The notes: generated by a model not told the origin, from the sequence alone. A stretch of 63,608 nucleotides of DNA, filler included, from Lenisia limosa (GCA_001655205.1; 16 parts of 16 records of this genome joined end to end with filler, not necessarily neighbours in it), one strand, 5' to 3'; positions 13,058 to 25,878 are shown, numbered from the whole stretch's first letter. Numbers and translations: made by a program.

Positions 13058-13480
13058 AAGCCCGGAGGAGGTGGAGAAGGCGTAAGGGGAATCTTTAAGT
13101 GTTATTTTACGTGTATTTCAACTTTCCCCAAAGTTGATCTTGCAATGTGATACACTCAGTCTTGGGTTTTGTTTCATAAATTTTCCAGTTTTACCCCCCC
13201 CCCCCNNNNNNNNNNNNNNNNNNNNNNNNNNNNNNNNNNNNNNNNNNNNNNNNNNNNNNNNNNNNNNNNNNNNNNNNNNNNNNNNNNNNNNNNNNNNNNN
13301 NNNNNNNNNNNNNNNNNNNNNNNNNNNNNNNNNNNNNNNNNNNNNNNNNNNNNNNNNNNNNNNNNNNNNNNNNNNNNNNNNNNNNNNNCAAACGCGATCA
13401 ACGATCCTAACATGCCTGGCCATGCCATCAAGGCTCTGACTGCCGTGTTTGAAAGTGGGGGCTGGTTTATCGAGGATTAA
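13058..13480 (+). CDS. Terminal exons of a hypothetical gene
   Basis: A C-tract/AG acceptor at 13057 precedes a short exon (SPEEVEKA) ending at GTAAGG. After a gap the frame reads NAINDPNMPGHAIKALTAVFESGGWFIED*. Confidence 0.35.
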
Positions 13481-13836
13481 GGGGTAAATCTGTTCCTCTT
13501 TGTTTATTTCTTGGTAAGCATTATCGAATTGATATTATCTCTTATAAGCGTGATGGTNNNNNNNNNNNNNNNNNNNNNNNNNNNNNNNNNNNNGAGCTCA
13601 CGCCACAGAAATTGTTGAAGAGTCAGCGAAGCTCGCCCTCTCTCGCAAGGCAATGCACCAGGCATAGACTTAAAATAATCACTAATGGTAGCCTTTCTTA
13701 TTTTGATATAATGTTTCCCCTTTCCACACAGCTTTACGATAACATGGGGATAACATGGGGATGGAAGAGCAACACACGAGCTGGGTGCGGGGGAAAGAAA
13801 TGAATGGATTTAGATAACCTAATATACAGACTACAC

Positions 13837-15200
13837 CTAGAGAATAATACAACAGCCAGCCTTTTCCTCCTCCTCCTTCTTCTCCTCCGTTCCAAGCAGA
13901 GCAGTTCCTTCGTCAGCCTAAACAATCATAAGATCCTTTAACATCTAACATTGATAGATAACTGCTTGTTGTAGACAAGAGTAAAAAAACAAAGAAAAAA
14001 GAAGAGGCAGGTAGGAAATAAAGAAAAGAGCAATTATCCTCCCAAACCCACTTGAGAAGTTGTAGCTTGAGTTTCGGCATCAGAACCTTCCTGAGCAGCC
14101 TCGGGAGTGGACGGAGATGCAGGTGCATCAATATGTTCTTCTTCAAGTCCACCTTCAACACGCTCATCGTCGTCGATGATCACCTTTCTTTCATGAATTT
14201 CTGTAACAGGTGTCTCCTCATCGATAACTTCAACATCTTCCTGTGAAACCGCCTTTTCCTCGGCTTGCTTCTCTTCCTCTATTCTTTTCTTCTCCTCTTC
14301 TTCCTGTTTCTTCTTCTCTTCCTCTAATCTTTTCTTCTCTTCTTCTTCTTGTTTCATCTTGTCTTCCTCTAATCTCTTCTTCTCTTCTTCTTCCTGCTTC
14401 TTCTTCTCCTCTTCTATTCTCTTCTTTTCTTCTTCCTCTTGCTTCTTCTTCTCTTCTTCAAGTCTTTTCTTCTCCTCTTCCTCTTGTTTCTTCTTCTGCT
14501 CCTCTTCTCTTTTTTTTTCCTCTTCTTGTTTTTTCTTCTCCTCTTCTTCCTGCTTCTTCTTCTCCTCTTCTTCCTGCTTCTTCTTCTCCTCTTCTATTCT
14601 CTTCTCTTCTTCTTCTTCTTGCTTCTTCTTCTCATCCTCTAATCTCTTCTTCTCCTCTTTTTCTTGCTTCTTCCTCTCCTCTTCTATTCTCTTCTCCTCT
14701 TCTCCTTGTTTCTTCTTCTCTTCCTCTAATCTTTTCTTTTCCTCTTCTTCCTGCTTCTTCTTCTCCTCTTCTATTCTCTTCTTTTCTTCTTCTTCTTGCT
14801 TCTTCTTCTCATCCTCTAATCTCTTCTTCTCCTCTTTTTCTTGCTTCTTCCTCTCCTCTTCTATTCTCTTCTCCTCTTTTTCTTGTTTCTTCTTCTCTTC
14901 CTCTAATCTCTTCTTTTCCTCTTCTTCTTGCTTCTTCTTTTCTTTTAATTTCTTCTCCTCCTCGTCCTTCTCTTCAGGCTTGGATTCTTCAGGCCTGGCT
15001 TCTTCCTCAACCTTTTCCTCAACCTTATCTTCGACCTTCTCCTCGGCCTCATCAACTTCAGGGGTCTCAGTAACCTCCTCTTCAGCACCAGTGTCTTCAA
15101 CCGGTTCTGGACGATCACCCTGGTTGGCAGGTCCTCCACCTCCAGCTCCTCCGCCACGGCGCTTCTTGTTGCCACGATTACGGTTCTTCTTAGGGGGCAT
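13837..15200 (-). CDS. E/K-rich repeat (single-alpha-helix-like) protein with C-terminal CaaX box, ~409 aa
   Basis: Exon 14052-15200 has a basic N-terminus (MPPKKNRNRGNKKRR) and many KKRLEEEKKKQEEEE-type repeats. It splices via GT-AG intron 13918-14051 to exon 13837-13917, ADEGTALLGTEEKKEEEEKAGCCIIL*. Confidence 0.8.
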
Positions 15201-15489
15201 CTAGATGGTAAATTGTTAAAAAGAGCAATAGGGGAAGTGAAAGAAGTAAGTAGGAGCACAATAATCACATGATGGGAACAGTCAAAATTCCTCAATAATC
15301 TTTATTGTTACTATACTGCCATCATACTTTCTACTAGAATGGGATAAAAGGCCTCTTTCAAAAAAAAATTTTGGACTACAAGTGGTATATAAATACCAGC
15401 TGTTATAAACTAACTGACCATCCTCTCTTCCTCCACTTCCTCTCTTCCCCTCTCTCTCTAACGCTTAAACAACAGTAAGGTATAAAGCG

Positions 15490-16199
15490 ATGTCATTAGG
15501 AACGTTGGAGTGCGCAAAATCGGCAGGGCTCTCAATTTTGGGATAGTTAGTTGCCCCAACTGTTGTTGTTTTAACCTGTCCAGTGCTATCTCCCCTTTCT
15601 TCACAAAAAAGATAAATTTGTTCTACTCTGGACAATTTGTTAGCGAAAAAAAGTTTGGGATGAAGGTGGATTTTTGATGATCACGTTCCATTCTCTCCAC
15701 CATCGTAATCTGTCCCTTCCAGACTTAGTATTGGCCAGGCCAACTTGAATATTCTTGGAGCGGAAGAGAAAGTCCTTTGTCTTGATGAGGTTGCCAACAC
15801 TGGAATGGTGTACCAATATTTTCAATCTCTCATTCTGACCTAAGGGATTTCTTGGTTGCTCCTTACCACTTCAGGAATGCGATATTGTGTACTACTCTTT
15901 GAAGGCGAACGACTTCAGCCGCGCTCTTTCAAGCAGTGAAATTGAAAGTGTGTTCGACTATTTTGACCTTGCACGAATACTTACTCATTACTGTTCTCTT
16001 TTACAACACTGTCCTATTCTATGGCTAACTCTGTGTAAATTTCCAGAGTGCTAATGTTGAGTTTAAACTATTTTTTGCTCCTTTTGTGACAATCATAGAT
16101 CTGGTTTTCAATGTGTTCTCTGGGGAACAGCCATTTTCGATTGCTGAGTGGCTGAGGCATCAAGGGGTTGATGAAGCAAAGCGTGGCGTTTTGATCAAG
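15490..16199 (+). CDS. Hypothetical multi-exon gene
   Basis: Hand-spliced open exons include LSIGQANLNILGAEEKVLCLDE / GFLGCSLPLQECDIVYYSLKANDFSRALSSSEIESVFDYFDL / SANVEFKLFFAPF..AEWLRHQGVDEAKRGVLIK. One junction needs a GC donor. No family recognised. Confidence 0.4.
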
Positions 16200-17261
16200 G
16201 TGAGGAGGTAGTCTGTGCTTATCGTCGGTAGATAAACCGCTGAATGCTTGTTATGCATTTTTTTTCTGTGTTCCACGCTTTGGTCTGCTAAAGACTGGTT
16301 TTTCTAGACTAGTCCTACTTTAATATAAAGCTATAATTAGACTTCTATGCTCTTGCAAGATAAAGGAGGCACGGGAAGGGGTGGAATAATGAGTCAATAA
16401 ATATATATGAACTTGCACGCGTTATCATCTTTTGTTTTCTTTATCAACTTTCAACACCCTTTATTGTTCAGTCCCTCGCACAGCCAGGCACTCGAAGAAC
16501 GGCCCTACTTTTCCTTGGTATGAGGGGTATGAAGTTGAGGGTGGAGGCTATCTGGAATTGTATAATACTCCTATGTTTTTACTTTTCCTTCCCACCTTCA
16601 CGGATATTCAATGTCATTTCTTTTATTGTATATTAGGTTAAGAAGAATTTCGCAATAGTCTGCAAAACTATTCCGTAATCCTTTGTAGGGGTTGGTTCGA
16701 CAGTTGAAACAACCGGGGTGTTCCAGGCGATTCTTTACCTTGCTTTGGTATGAGGACTTTTGGAGGTTCCTTCTTTGTGTGAACCATTTAGACAAGATTG
16801 TAGGGTTTCGGGCAATTAACTGAAAAACTAATTTCTTATTTGAAGTCGGATATATTGTAACAAGAACCGTATTCCAGACACTTTAATTTCTCATTTTGTC
16901 AATTAATTTCCTCAAAAAATTCATTGCACGGGGCCCTACGAGTCTTGACACTTTTCCATCACATTTCTTTCTGCTTCTTAAGCAATGTATCAGACATAGC
17001 TTGGTAGTGTGAAGGTTATCTTTATAAACTGAAGAAGAATTAGCGAAGAAATGAGAATTCCTTGAGTTTGACCTTTTAGGGATATGATGTACTCGTTTAT
17101 AACTACCCGGGGTATGCAAAGTCCACAGGAAGGCCTTCTTCCAAGACCTTTGCCGTAGGCTACCAATAAAAAACAAAGTAATTGATTCGCTTTAGTAGCA
17201 GTGGGGATGATTCATCCTGATTTTATCACATTTAATAGCATATATATTAGCATATTATTAG

Positions 17262-17359
17262 TGCTCAACTTCGGCTTGAAAAAGACCAGTAAATTATCGA
17301 TATTCATCGAAAATTATTCGAGAAATTCAATCTTTTTTTGGTACCAAAGTGAAGCCCGA
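17262..17359. mobile_element. hAT-type MITE, degenerate copy
   Basis: CTTCGGCTTGAAAAAGAC...TTTTTTGGTACCAAAGTGAAGCCC has the same TIR and interior as the 17595 family. Confidence 0.6.
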
Positions 17360-17594
17360 CATACCATAATATCATTCTATGCGAACTCAATGCCGTATTT
17401 ATGGATACTTTATCATCATATAGTGTCATCTGTAAACACTACCTTGTCATTTCTTGTCCATTTTACATATTAGAAACTGGGGGTGCGGGCAGCAGAACAG
17501 TTTCAACTCGAAAAGTAGGCCTGATTAACCCCTTATTTTCGGTCTAATGGGACTTTATGGGAGACAGTGTATACTTACTCTACTTACATGAAAC

Positions 17595-17684
17595 TAGGGC
17601 TTCGCTTCGGTTTGATGAAATAGCGATAGTTTTCGAGGATTTATGGGGAAATGTAGTCATTTTTTGAACCGAACTAAAGCCCAA
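17595..17684. mobile_element. hAT-type MITE (~90 bp)
   Basis: TIRs TAGGGCTTCGCTTCGGTT / AACCGAACTAAAGCCCAA. The flanking 8-mers CATGAAAC and CATGGAAC form a TSD with 1 mismatch. Confidence 0.8.
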
Positions 17685-18199
17685 CATGGAACCCAAGAAT
17701 ATTAAGGAATTTGAGCTAGATGTCTGACCCGCAGCCCGGGCTCACCACGACCTGTGGTGATGGGCTACTCCATCGGCGGAACAGCTNNNNNNNNNNNNNN
17801 NNNNNNNNNNNNNNNNNNNNNNNNNNNNNNNNNNNNNNNNNNNNNNNNNNNNNNNNNNNNNNNNNNNNNNNNNNNNNNNNNNNNNNNNNNNNNNNNNNNN
17901 NNNNNNNNNNNNNNNNNNNNNNNNNACTGATAGCAAGCGTCAGTTGATGGGCAATGGAAGCGGCTACAAACCGCATCTATGCGTCTCGACACTGGCAGCG
18001 ACGTCTTTAGTTCCTTATCACATATATGCACCATAACAATTCTTCTATCCCTCACTCATACTTCCTCCCATACCGCCGGTCCAGGGCATGCAATACGTGA
18101 AGGCATAGAGGGGGCGTCAGTGAAGGAGATCTCGGCGGCTATTCGACTCTTCCTTCATGCTGTACCGTCCTCCTCTCAAAATCAAAGATAGTCGTTCGG

Positions 18200-19998
18200 A
18201 CTCAACGATATTAGGTTTTCACAATACTCTCATAAATCGGTTAATATTCGCAACGCCATTAAATGTTCCGTAGATTTATTGCCTGATAACTGTCCATTCG
18301 ATCTTCAAAGTCTCTCTATTCAGTATAAATGCAATGTTCCTGTATCTAGACGCATCCTTAATCGTATTAAAGTAGCTAAGCAGTTGAAAGCGCCAAACCT
18401 CTTGGAGGCTGAAAACTGTCCATGTCATCTTAATCCTGATTAGATGTCTATTTCCCCTTCTGATTGTCCTACTTCCCACGGTAATCATGTTTTAACGGGA
18501 AATCTTGCATGTATTAAGAATAGTAACCTCAATACACTACGTGGGTTGGGTCGTCGTTATCGTTCCGATGATGATGGTGATCTACCTGCTCAAGTGGAAG
18601 AAAAACTCGCTTGCTACATCAGAAATAAGGTTGTCTGGTTAATTCAGGACATTGTCCTCCCTCCTTTGCGTTTGCCGACTTTATTGACCAAGTCAAAACC
18701 AGTGTAAGGACCCAAATGGCTTCCTCCTATCCCAATGATAGACCAGCACTGCTTAAAAATGACCTTAGAGCGCTGTCAAAATTCCAGCAAGTCGTTGTCA
18801 TCGTTCTAGCAGATAAAGCGAGTGAATATTTCATCATCGTTTGTTGTGAATCCTATAACCATATTCTTTGGAATGAACTTCCCAATAGCCAATCGTATAC
18901 TCTCACAGCCGAGCCACTTGCTAATATTGAACGCGATTGAGGGGAACCTAACTGATGGTACCCTTCCTTTCCTCTCCGCACTTCCTAAAATGCATAAATC
19001 CCCAATAAGCTTCAGATTCTTTGCTGGCGGTAAAGATGTAATCGCTTCCGTACCTTCTAAGCTTTTATGCTCCATGCTAACCCATCGAGAGTACACTGCA
19101 TGCTAAAGACCTGTTGAATATTCTGCTGAGCAGGCTGCATAACGAATCAATCATACAGAACTGCCCATTCGCTGTATACATATGATTTCTCAACACTCTA
19201 TACCAAGTTCATACAGTCTGACCTCATAAATGATGTTAAGAGCATAGTTGACGAAACCTCATTCATATTTCTGAACGGAATAACATCTCTATTGACCATC
19301 TGAAATTATGTCTCAAATCTGGATTCGTTCAACGCCAACATGGAACCAATAGTGTCTTGTCTAAATCTGATATCTATGATCTTCTTCGCTGGGTTGTTTC
19401 TAATACTTATGTTCATAATGGTGTCTCAGTACCAATGCGGCTCCTCTGCTCGCTAACCTTGGGCTGTATCGCCATGAAAGGGACTTTGTATCGAGTCACC
19501 AGGACGATACAGTGATATCAACCTTCAACAACGCCAGAAGGTTTATTGATGATATTTTCTTGATTGACCCTCATCATAACTTCCATATTATCCCAACATC
19601 TGATGCTATTGACCCTATCTACCCACCCATTTCTGCAATTATCACAAACATCTGCTTCTACAACTGATCTTGGTAAAAGATCAACATTCATTGGAATCAT
19701 ATCAATACTTCAATATACGATAAACACAGGGATTTTTGTTTTATAGTCAGTCAATACATATATCCATTCCACTATTCCGAAACATATTGTAAAAGGTGTA
19801 TTGAACGGGCAACTCACGCGTCTCGGTTGAGAACACACTTTGCCTACAACGCTGCTCGTCTCATTCGAACACTCAATACTAATGGATATAATCTTGCATT
19901 CCTCAAGAAGTTAACAGTATCATTCATTTTCAAATTTAAGTTTGCATTTATGACACCCCATCGAACAAAACTGAGGGCGCTTCTCCTTTGCAACCTCA
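18200..19998 (+). mobile_element. Decayed Penelope-like retroelement (Naiad/Chlamys-type RT) with frameshifts and stops
   Basis: Ordered PLE motifs across frames: CPCH..HGNHVLTGNLACIKNSNLNTLRGLGRRYR (~18410-18565), VVIVLADKASEYFIIVC (~18790), LPKMHKSPISFRF (~18980), YDFSTLYTK (19181), GTNAAPLLANL-like (~19430), FNNARRFIDDIF (~19525), and HSTIPKHIVKGVLNGQLTRL (thumb, ~19770). Confidence 0.85.
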
Positions 19999-20340
19999 TA
20001 GACTAGGGGATCTCTACCCTTGAGACCCAGTCCTACTATTGAGCCACTAATAATCTGTTCTCCTTTGAGGACGTTATCAAGATTTACGATAATATTATTC
20101 TTTTAAGCCTTTGATGTCTGCAATTCTAGCTCTCTGGCACCTCCTGAATCTGTGGTATAAGACGGATTTAGGAGGGCCTACCTGGTTATTATGCAGGGGC
20201 TATTGTCCTTATTCATGAATCTAATCCTTGTTGGTATGCTGTGGAGGCACGCAGAAAGCTGTGTGCACAGAGTTGTAAGGCAAACGATTGGGCGAATTAA
20301 TACTATACTATAATCCAATATCTCTTATTAGCATGCTGGT

Positions 20341-20363
20341 GTGGATGGCTTCGGCAAGATACA
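20341..20363 (+). repeat. Dispersed GTGGA(C/T)GGCTTCGGCCAGATACA motif family
   Basis: Related copies at 20341(+), 22531(+), 43211(-), 45911(-) and 47637(+), on five different scaffolds. Confidence 0.6.
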
Positions 20364-22787
20364 TCCTTATTTTTTTTTTCTCATTGCTATAACTGACTGG
20401 TATCATATTGAGTAAACGGATGACAGAGGGAGTGTGCAATAGTTGAAGTGAGAGGTATACAATGTGGGTGGTGATGATGGTGTGGTTGAGGGGAGAGATA
20501 GCAGGCTAAAGGCGGTAAATTGTGTACTAACCTTTAAGATCCTTGTCTTGCTGAACTCTTTTGCCTATCTCCAAGCCTGTCCCTATATTGGGCCTTTTCA
20601 AGCCGGTGCCATTACGTGGGGTGGGAGTTAATGCTGTAAACAATATCAACTTCAAGGCAGTAAGATTGAAATAATTGATATGGTGATAAACTGCTTATGG
20701 CGTCTCATTGACTGTTTGTCCTAGATTGTGTTTCATGCAGGTTCTTATTTTGATGTTTCTCGAACCGACTTGTCACATCTGTAGTGGCTACGGAGGCAGT
20801 CACAACAATGCAAAGTACCTTGAATCTGTGAAGTCTTGCAAGGCACTTCTCATCCACACTGGTGGGGTATGGTCTAATCACACACTCCATCATATGACAG
20901 TAGTTAAGGGTCTAGATATTTTGAGCAAATAACCTTCTCATGTGGAGGGGGGGGGGTCTCATTTGGCGCAATAAAACTGCAATATCGAACCGTAGGGATT
21001 CCTATAATATCACATTTTGGTCTTTCCTCCATTGTTTCGTCTCATACCCCCTCCCACGCATGTCGTTGACGCCCTAGTCTATCATATCGTTCATATGCAC
21101 ACTTTTCAGCAACCCTTTGATCCTACTTAGAGGGAGATGAGATTGTCGGTAACCAGACTCAGCAACTCTGTGATGCCCTCTCGCATTGCGACACCACTGT
21201 GAGCGGCAGGATGTGGTTTCCTCTGATTGTTTCAAACTTTTGTTTGTTATATACGCTTAGTACTCTTTATTATTTAATAAACGATATGTCATATTTAATC
21301 CCCCTGAGACGAGTTGGTTTATCAAACATGATCAGGGTCTTTTTAATACGATGACAGGTCCTCCGGGTGCCTTGCCAAAGCCATGAGACCTTGACCGAGG
21401 CAGCATTCATTTCAATGCCGCAAACCAAGTCCCCCAAAACAAGATTCTTCTCGACACTCATTGCAGGTGTGTTTGTGTCCAAAAATGATATTAAGCTATT
21501 AACATGATGGAACTTAGTATCTCTTCGAAGTTTTAGCATTTTCATCATATTACATATAATTTGTATTATATTAATTTTGTCACCAATGAATGCTGCCTTG
21601 CCCCCGTCTGTGACCAATATAGGAGCCCTAGATGTTCGGTTTGACCTCTCCGCCCTCTCAACGCGACAGTCCACAGACTTTGGCACTGAAACGGAGTTCT
21701 ACAACCATTGGTGAGGCTGGCTGGATAGGATACGACATGAAGCGCTTTTCCTTTTGACCCCCTCCCCCCTCCCTCCCTCATAATCGAAAATGTTTGTATA
21801 TTCCTTGTGACTCCCCTGAATTTATTCAGAGCATCCATTCNNNNNNNNNNNNNNNNNNNNNNNNNNNNNNNNNNNNNNNNNNNNTTAATTAATTAANNNN
21901 NNNNNNNNNNNNNNNNNNNNNNNNNNNNNNNNNNNNNNNNGGGGGGGGGGGGCTTTTGGAGAGGTTCGTTCATTGGTTCACTGGGTTTATTGACGTAAGA
22001 TATTATTTTACAGCGCAGACTTGCCTTAACATATTACACACTTGTTTCCCATTACAGTATCACATCTTGGGGGTAAACTTGTTCATATTTACAACCCTAG
22101 ACCAAATCAATCATTCACAACCCTAGACCAAATCATTCACCTGTGGGGGGGGGGGGTGCCAANNNNNNNNNNNNNNNNNNNNNNNNNNNNNNNNNNNNNN
22201 NNNNNNNNNNNNNNNNNNNNNNNNNNNNNNNNNNNNNNNNNNNNNNNNNNNNNNNNNNNNNNNNNNNNNNNNNNNNNNNNNNNNNNNNNNNNNNNNNNNN
22301 NNNNNNNNNNNNNNNNNNNNNNNNNNNNNNNNNNNNNNNNNNNNNNNNNNNNNNNNNNNNNNNNNNNNNNNNNNNNNNNNNNNNNNNNNNNNNNNNNNNN
22401 NNNNNNNNNNNNNNNNNNNNNNNNNNNNNNNNNNNNNNNNNNNNNNNNNNNNNNNNNNNATATAATAACGTTAAATAGCTATGTGAAACAGTTTTTCAAC
22501 TATCGATTTATTTTCCAGCATCTATACTATCACGGCTTCGGTCAGATACAACCTTATTGTTTATTTCTCGTACTATAACACGCTCTCCTATCACCATTTT
22601 GATCATCTAGCGGCTCTCTCGCAACACGACCACTCCGAATCATCCTTTGGAGATAGTATTAACTTTGATAACGGTTGAGGGGGAAGGAGGCTATGTAATA
22701 GGAACATATTTGGGGTTTTAAATGTACATACTTAATTCCCGTGAAAAACTAAATGTGGATCAATTTTCATTCATTTTTACATAAACT

Positions 22788-22934
22788 GGAGTGCTGGGAT
22801 GCAGCGCTGCAGAAGCAACTGGCCTGGTATTTGTTTGTTTTGTTGGTTATGTTGTTATCAACCCTCGTGTGTTGTCAGCCAATAGAGTTGATTCTGGGCA
22901 TTTTTTTGGTTTCATAGTTTCACCCCCCCCCCAG
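22788..22934 (+). repeat. Intronic 3'-splice-site-associated repeat family, long copy
   Basis: GAGTGCTGGGATGCAGCGCTGCAGAAG..TCAACCCTCGTGTGTTGTCAGCCAATAGAGTTGATTCTGGGC..TTTCATAG..CCCCCCCCCCCAG ends exactly at an AG acceptor. Homologous to 43558-43718 and other copies. Confidence 0.8.
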
Positions 22935-24310
22935 ACGAAGAACCCCTGAATACCCTTGTCTGGTCACCCCAGCGCACCCCTCGCCGTGACCCCCTAAAAC
23001 TGAAGCAGCAGCTGGGGGAACGTAAATCAACTGCAGACAGTGGGTTTATTGATAGGGCAAATATGATAGTTTAGCTGACAAGTTTATGAATTTGCGATCT
23101 GCTTCCACATGCATATTATGTACTGTACTGTCGTAATTTCTTCTTAAATCCCATTGCAGAGCGGCTCAGTAATCTGCTAAATAAGCCCATGCTACCATCA
23201 TCAAGTCGGATCCCCCTTGGTAAGCAGGATATCTTACAACATATGATATTGGGCTCAATTATGGTGGTTGGAAAAGAAATACATTTGATTAAATAAAACC
23301 TCAGAATACATGCAACAACAGTCCCCACAATACTACGTTTTTAAGTTTTACTAATTGTTGAAATCACCATATCTCAATTCTGAATTGGAGAGTAAAATAT
23401 TGTGGCATTATGAGTTTGAGCATCGCTCTTTGTGTTTTCTTTTTGCTTTCAGCATTATTATCTTTTTTTTTTGCAAAACCTTACAATATCTCGTTTTGAC
23501 AATTTGATCCGACCCTGAGCGGTTTTGAAGCCCAGAAGTTTAATCATAGTGTTGTATATTTTAAAATATATGAGATTGTTAATTTTTATTTCTTGTGTGA
23601 TGTTCTGATAGAAACTTATGAATGTCACATGAAGGGAAAACCTATTATTAAAAAGCAGATTATTTGATTCAGAAAAAAAGATAAAAATCCGTAACCCCCA
23701 CCCTAAGGTACCAAACGCTCACTCGCCCAAAATGGACGGGTGCAGACAGCGCGTTCCATGGCCACCACACGGGTCTCAAACTTACAGTCAAGGGGCATGA
23801 CAAGGCCCGTCACAGCAGAATCGGAAATGGATAAGGTTTGACTGTGGTGGTGGTGATAAATATGAAGACAAGTGGTGGTAATGGTTTTGCTTGATAATGG
23901 TCTGAAACCCAAACTAAGCCATACTGATGTAGACTCTGATTTTTTTTTAAAAAAAGATGCATTTTCATGTTCATTATATTCATAGCATTTAGACTGGAAC
24001 TGAGCTAGAACGCTCCGCTACCGGGGGTAAAGAATTCATAAGCACGACCCCACAAAGGATCCTAGAACAGATTAAAGCGGCGAAGAAGAAGAAAGTTTGT
24101 GGGGTTTTGTTGAGAGGCGCCTCAATTCGGTTCCCAACATGAAACATCTCTGTCAACAAGGAATACTTCAAACATCCATCTTTTTTTAAATCTTCGGTTA
24201 TGAGTACACCTCTCTTCACCCATGTACAGCAAAAGGAGCTCAATCTCTCGAACCAAAGCATTCGTGTTCTGTCAACTACTGTTGCTGATGTTATGGAGCT
24301 AACCAAATTG
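22935..24310 (+). CDS. Spliced gene, probably entering a leucine-rich repeat region (partial)
   Basis: AG/GT-bounded open exons: EEPLNTLVWSPQRTPRRDPLKL / TKRSLAQNGRVQTARSM..ESEMDK / TGTELERSA..ILEQIKAAKKKK / EYFKHPSFF..KELNLSNQSIRVLS..ELTKL, the last matching an LxxLxLxxN-type LRR start. Confidence 0.45.
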
Positions 24311-25525
24311 GTAAGGCGTCAAGGGCACATTCTGACCCCAACAATTTTCAAATAATTTTGGAACTTTTCTTTTTTGCTTCATATCTACAGAAAATATGAT
24401 ATTTTTGGATAAATTAAGCACAAATGGATTAGTACTATTCTAAACATAACGTATACTATATCATATAAATATCCGCTGTTATTCAGGAAACCCTGTAAAA
24501 ACCAGTAAAAAAAACAGGGGGAACCCTCGCCTTTTGAAAGGACAAAAAATGTATTAATTGAAAAAATATTCAGTAAAACAAAGATATAAAAGATACATGG
24601 GAGAGCGGCGGCGGAGTGGGGCGGGGACGGAATGGAGGTGTGTTCACTTCTTCACTTCTAGAGTGGTGCGGCGTAAATACAGAAGGCTTTTGAGGCGGTG
24701 GCATGATGAGAAGTCTTGTCGGAGGGGCAGAAAACGGAGATCTCGGCGGGCAGCAAAGGCAAGACAAAGAGAGGGCCTTGGCATGCGTCGATCTGGGCAA
24801 GTNNNNNNNNNNNNNNNNNNNNNNNNNNNNNNNNNNNNNNNNNNNNTTAATTAATTAANNNNNNNNNNNNNNNNNNNNNNNNNNNNNNNNNNNNNNNNNN
24901 NNTAAAAATAACAATAAAAATCAACACTAAGTAAACAGAAAAATTAAAAAATGAGAGAACAAACAAGAATCCACTGACTTGACATAATGAGGATTGCAGT
25001 TGTGAGACTAACACGACGAAGAAGCTGGACGGTGATTATTTGAACAAAATAAATAAATAAATATCATATACAAAATATAATATTACTATATGCCATGGTG
25101 CATTAAAACTCTTGGAAAGCAAATGAATGCAGACCTATGACCATTCTCCTCTGTTATTAAGTCACCCAATTATTCCAACCTCTTGTAGGTCCGAAACCAG
25201 CCCAGCACGGATCAATGCAACATGTCTACTCTGAGCTCCTGCCTGGGGTTGGGGGAAGTAAACACGGACAATTTATAAAACAACAACAAAAAAAAAAAAG
25301 GAAGCAAAACGTTGTTGGCAAGCAACACAAAGGGTTGAAAACAACAAAACAATCAAAGCCCAGGCCACAATTTGGAGGCATATTCTCATGGGAACTCCAT
25401 TATTTCAGACACTTGAATTTCAAATTTATTTCTTCAAAAATCCGTTAATTCCACTTCTTTTTACCGAATCAAAAAAATCAAAAAATCAAAAAATCAAAAT
25501 AAAAAAATAATAATAGCGTTGGTAC

Positions 25526-25878
25526 CTTGATTGCGGGTATGGAGTGGAGAATTGTCTTGACCATCCACGGTAATGGAATGTTCGTATTATCGTCATACGA
25601 AGATGCTGCGAAATTCTACAATGTAAGGAAAATCAGCCCAAAATGCAAGGAGAATCAGCCCACCCCCCAAAAAAATAAATAAAAAATAATAGTTAGAATC
25701 CCCCCACCCCATACATTCCAAATTACCCCTCTCCCCTTCTCTCTTGTGTTAAAAGTTTCCAACCTTTTCAAGAGCAATAACAATAACACCCCGCACCTTT
25801 CCAATGGCAATGACACGCTGTGAAGCCTCGTAGTGTAGAGAGCCCTCAAACTCCTCAGGTAATACATCGATGAAATTC
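25526..25878 (-). CDS. Two internal exons of a hypothetical gene
   Basis: GT-AG-bounded exons NFIDVLPEEFEGSLHYEASQRVIAIGK and NFAASSYDDNTNIPLPWMVKTILHSIPAIK. Confidence 0.4.

Noticed and set aside
14243-15204. Plus-strand 276-aa and 281-aa ORFs
   Set aside because: They are antisense shadows of the E/K-repeat CDS, translating to poly-F/S/L low complexity.
16685-16720. GGTTCGA T-loop-like motif (tRNA?)
   Set aside because: No cloverleaf. Other GGTTCGA hits fall in MITE TIRs or exons, and no tRNA or rRNA gene was recognised in the window.
22085-22140. ACAACCCTAGACCAAATCA doublet as a telomeric repeat
   Set aside because: Only two copies and no TTAGGG-type array.
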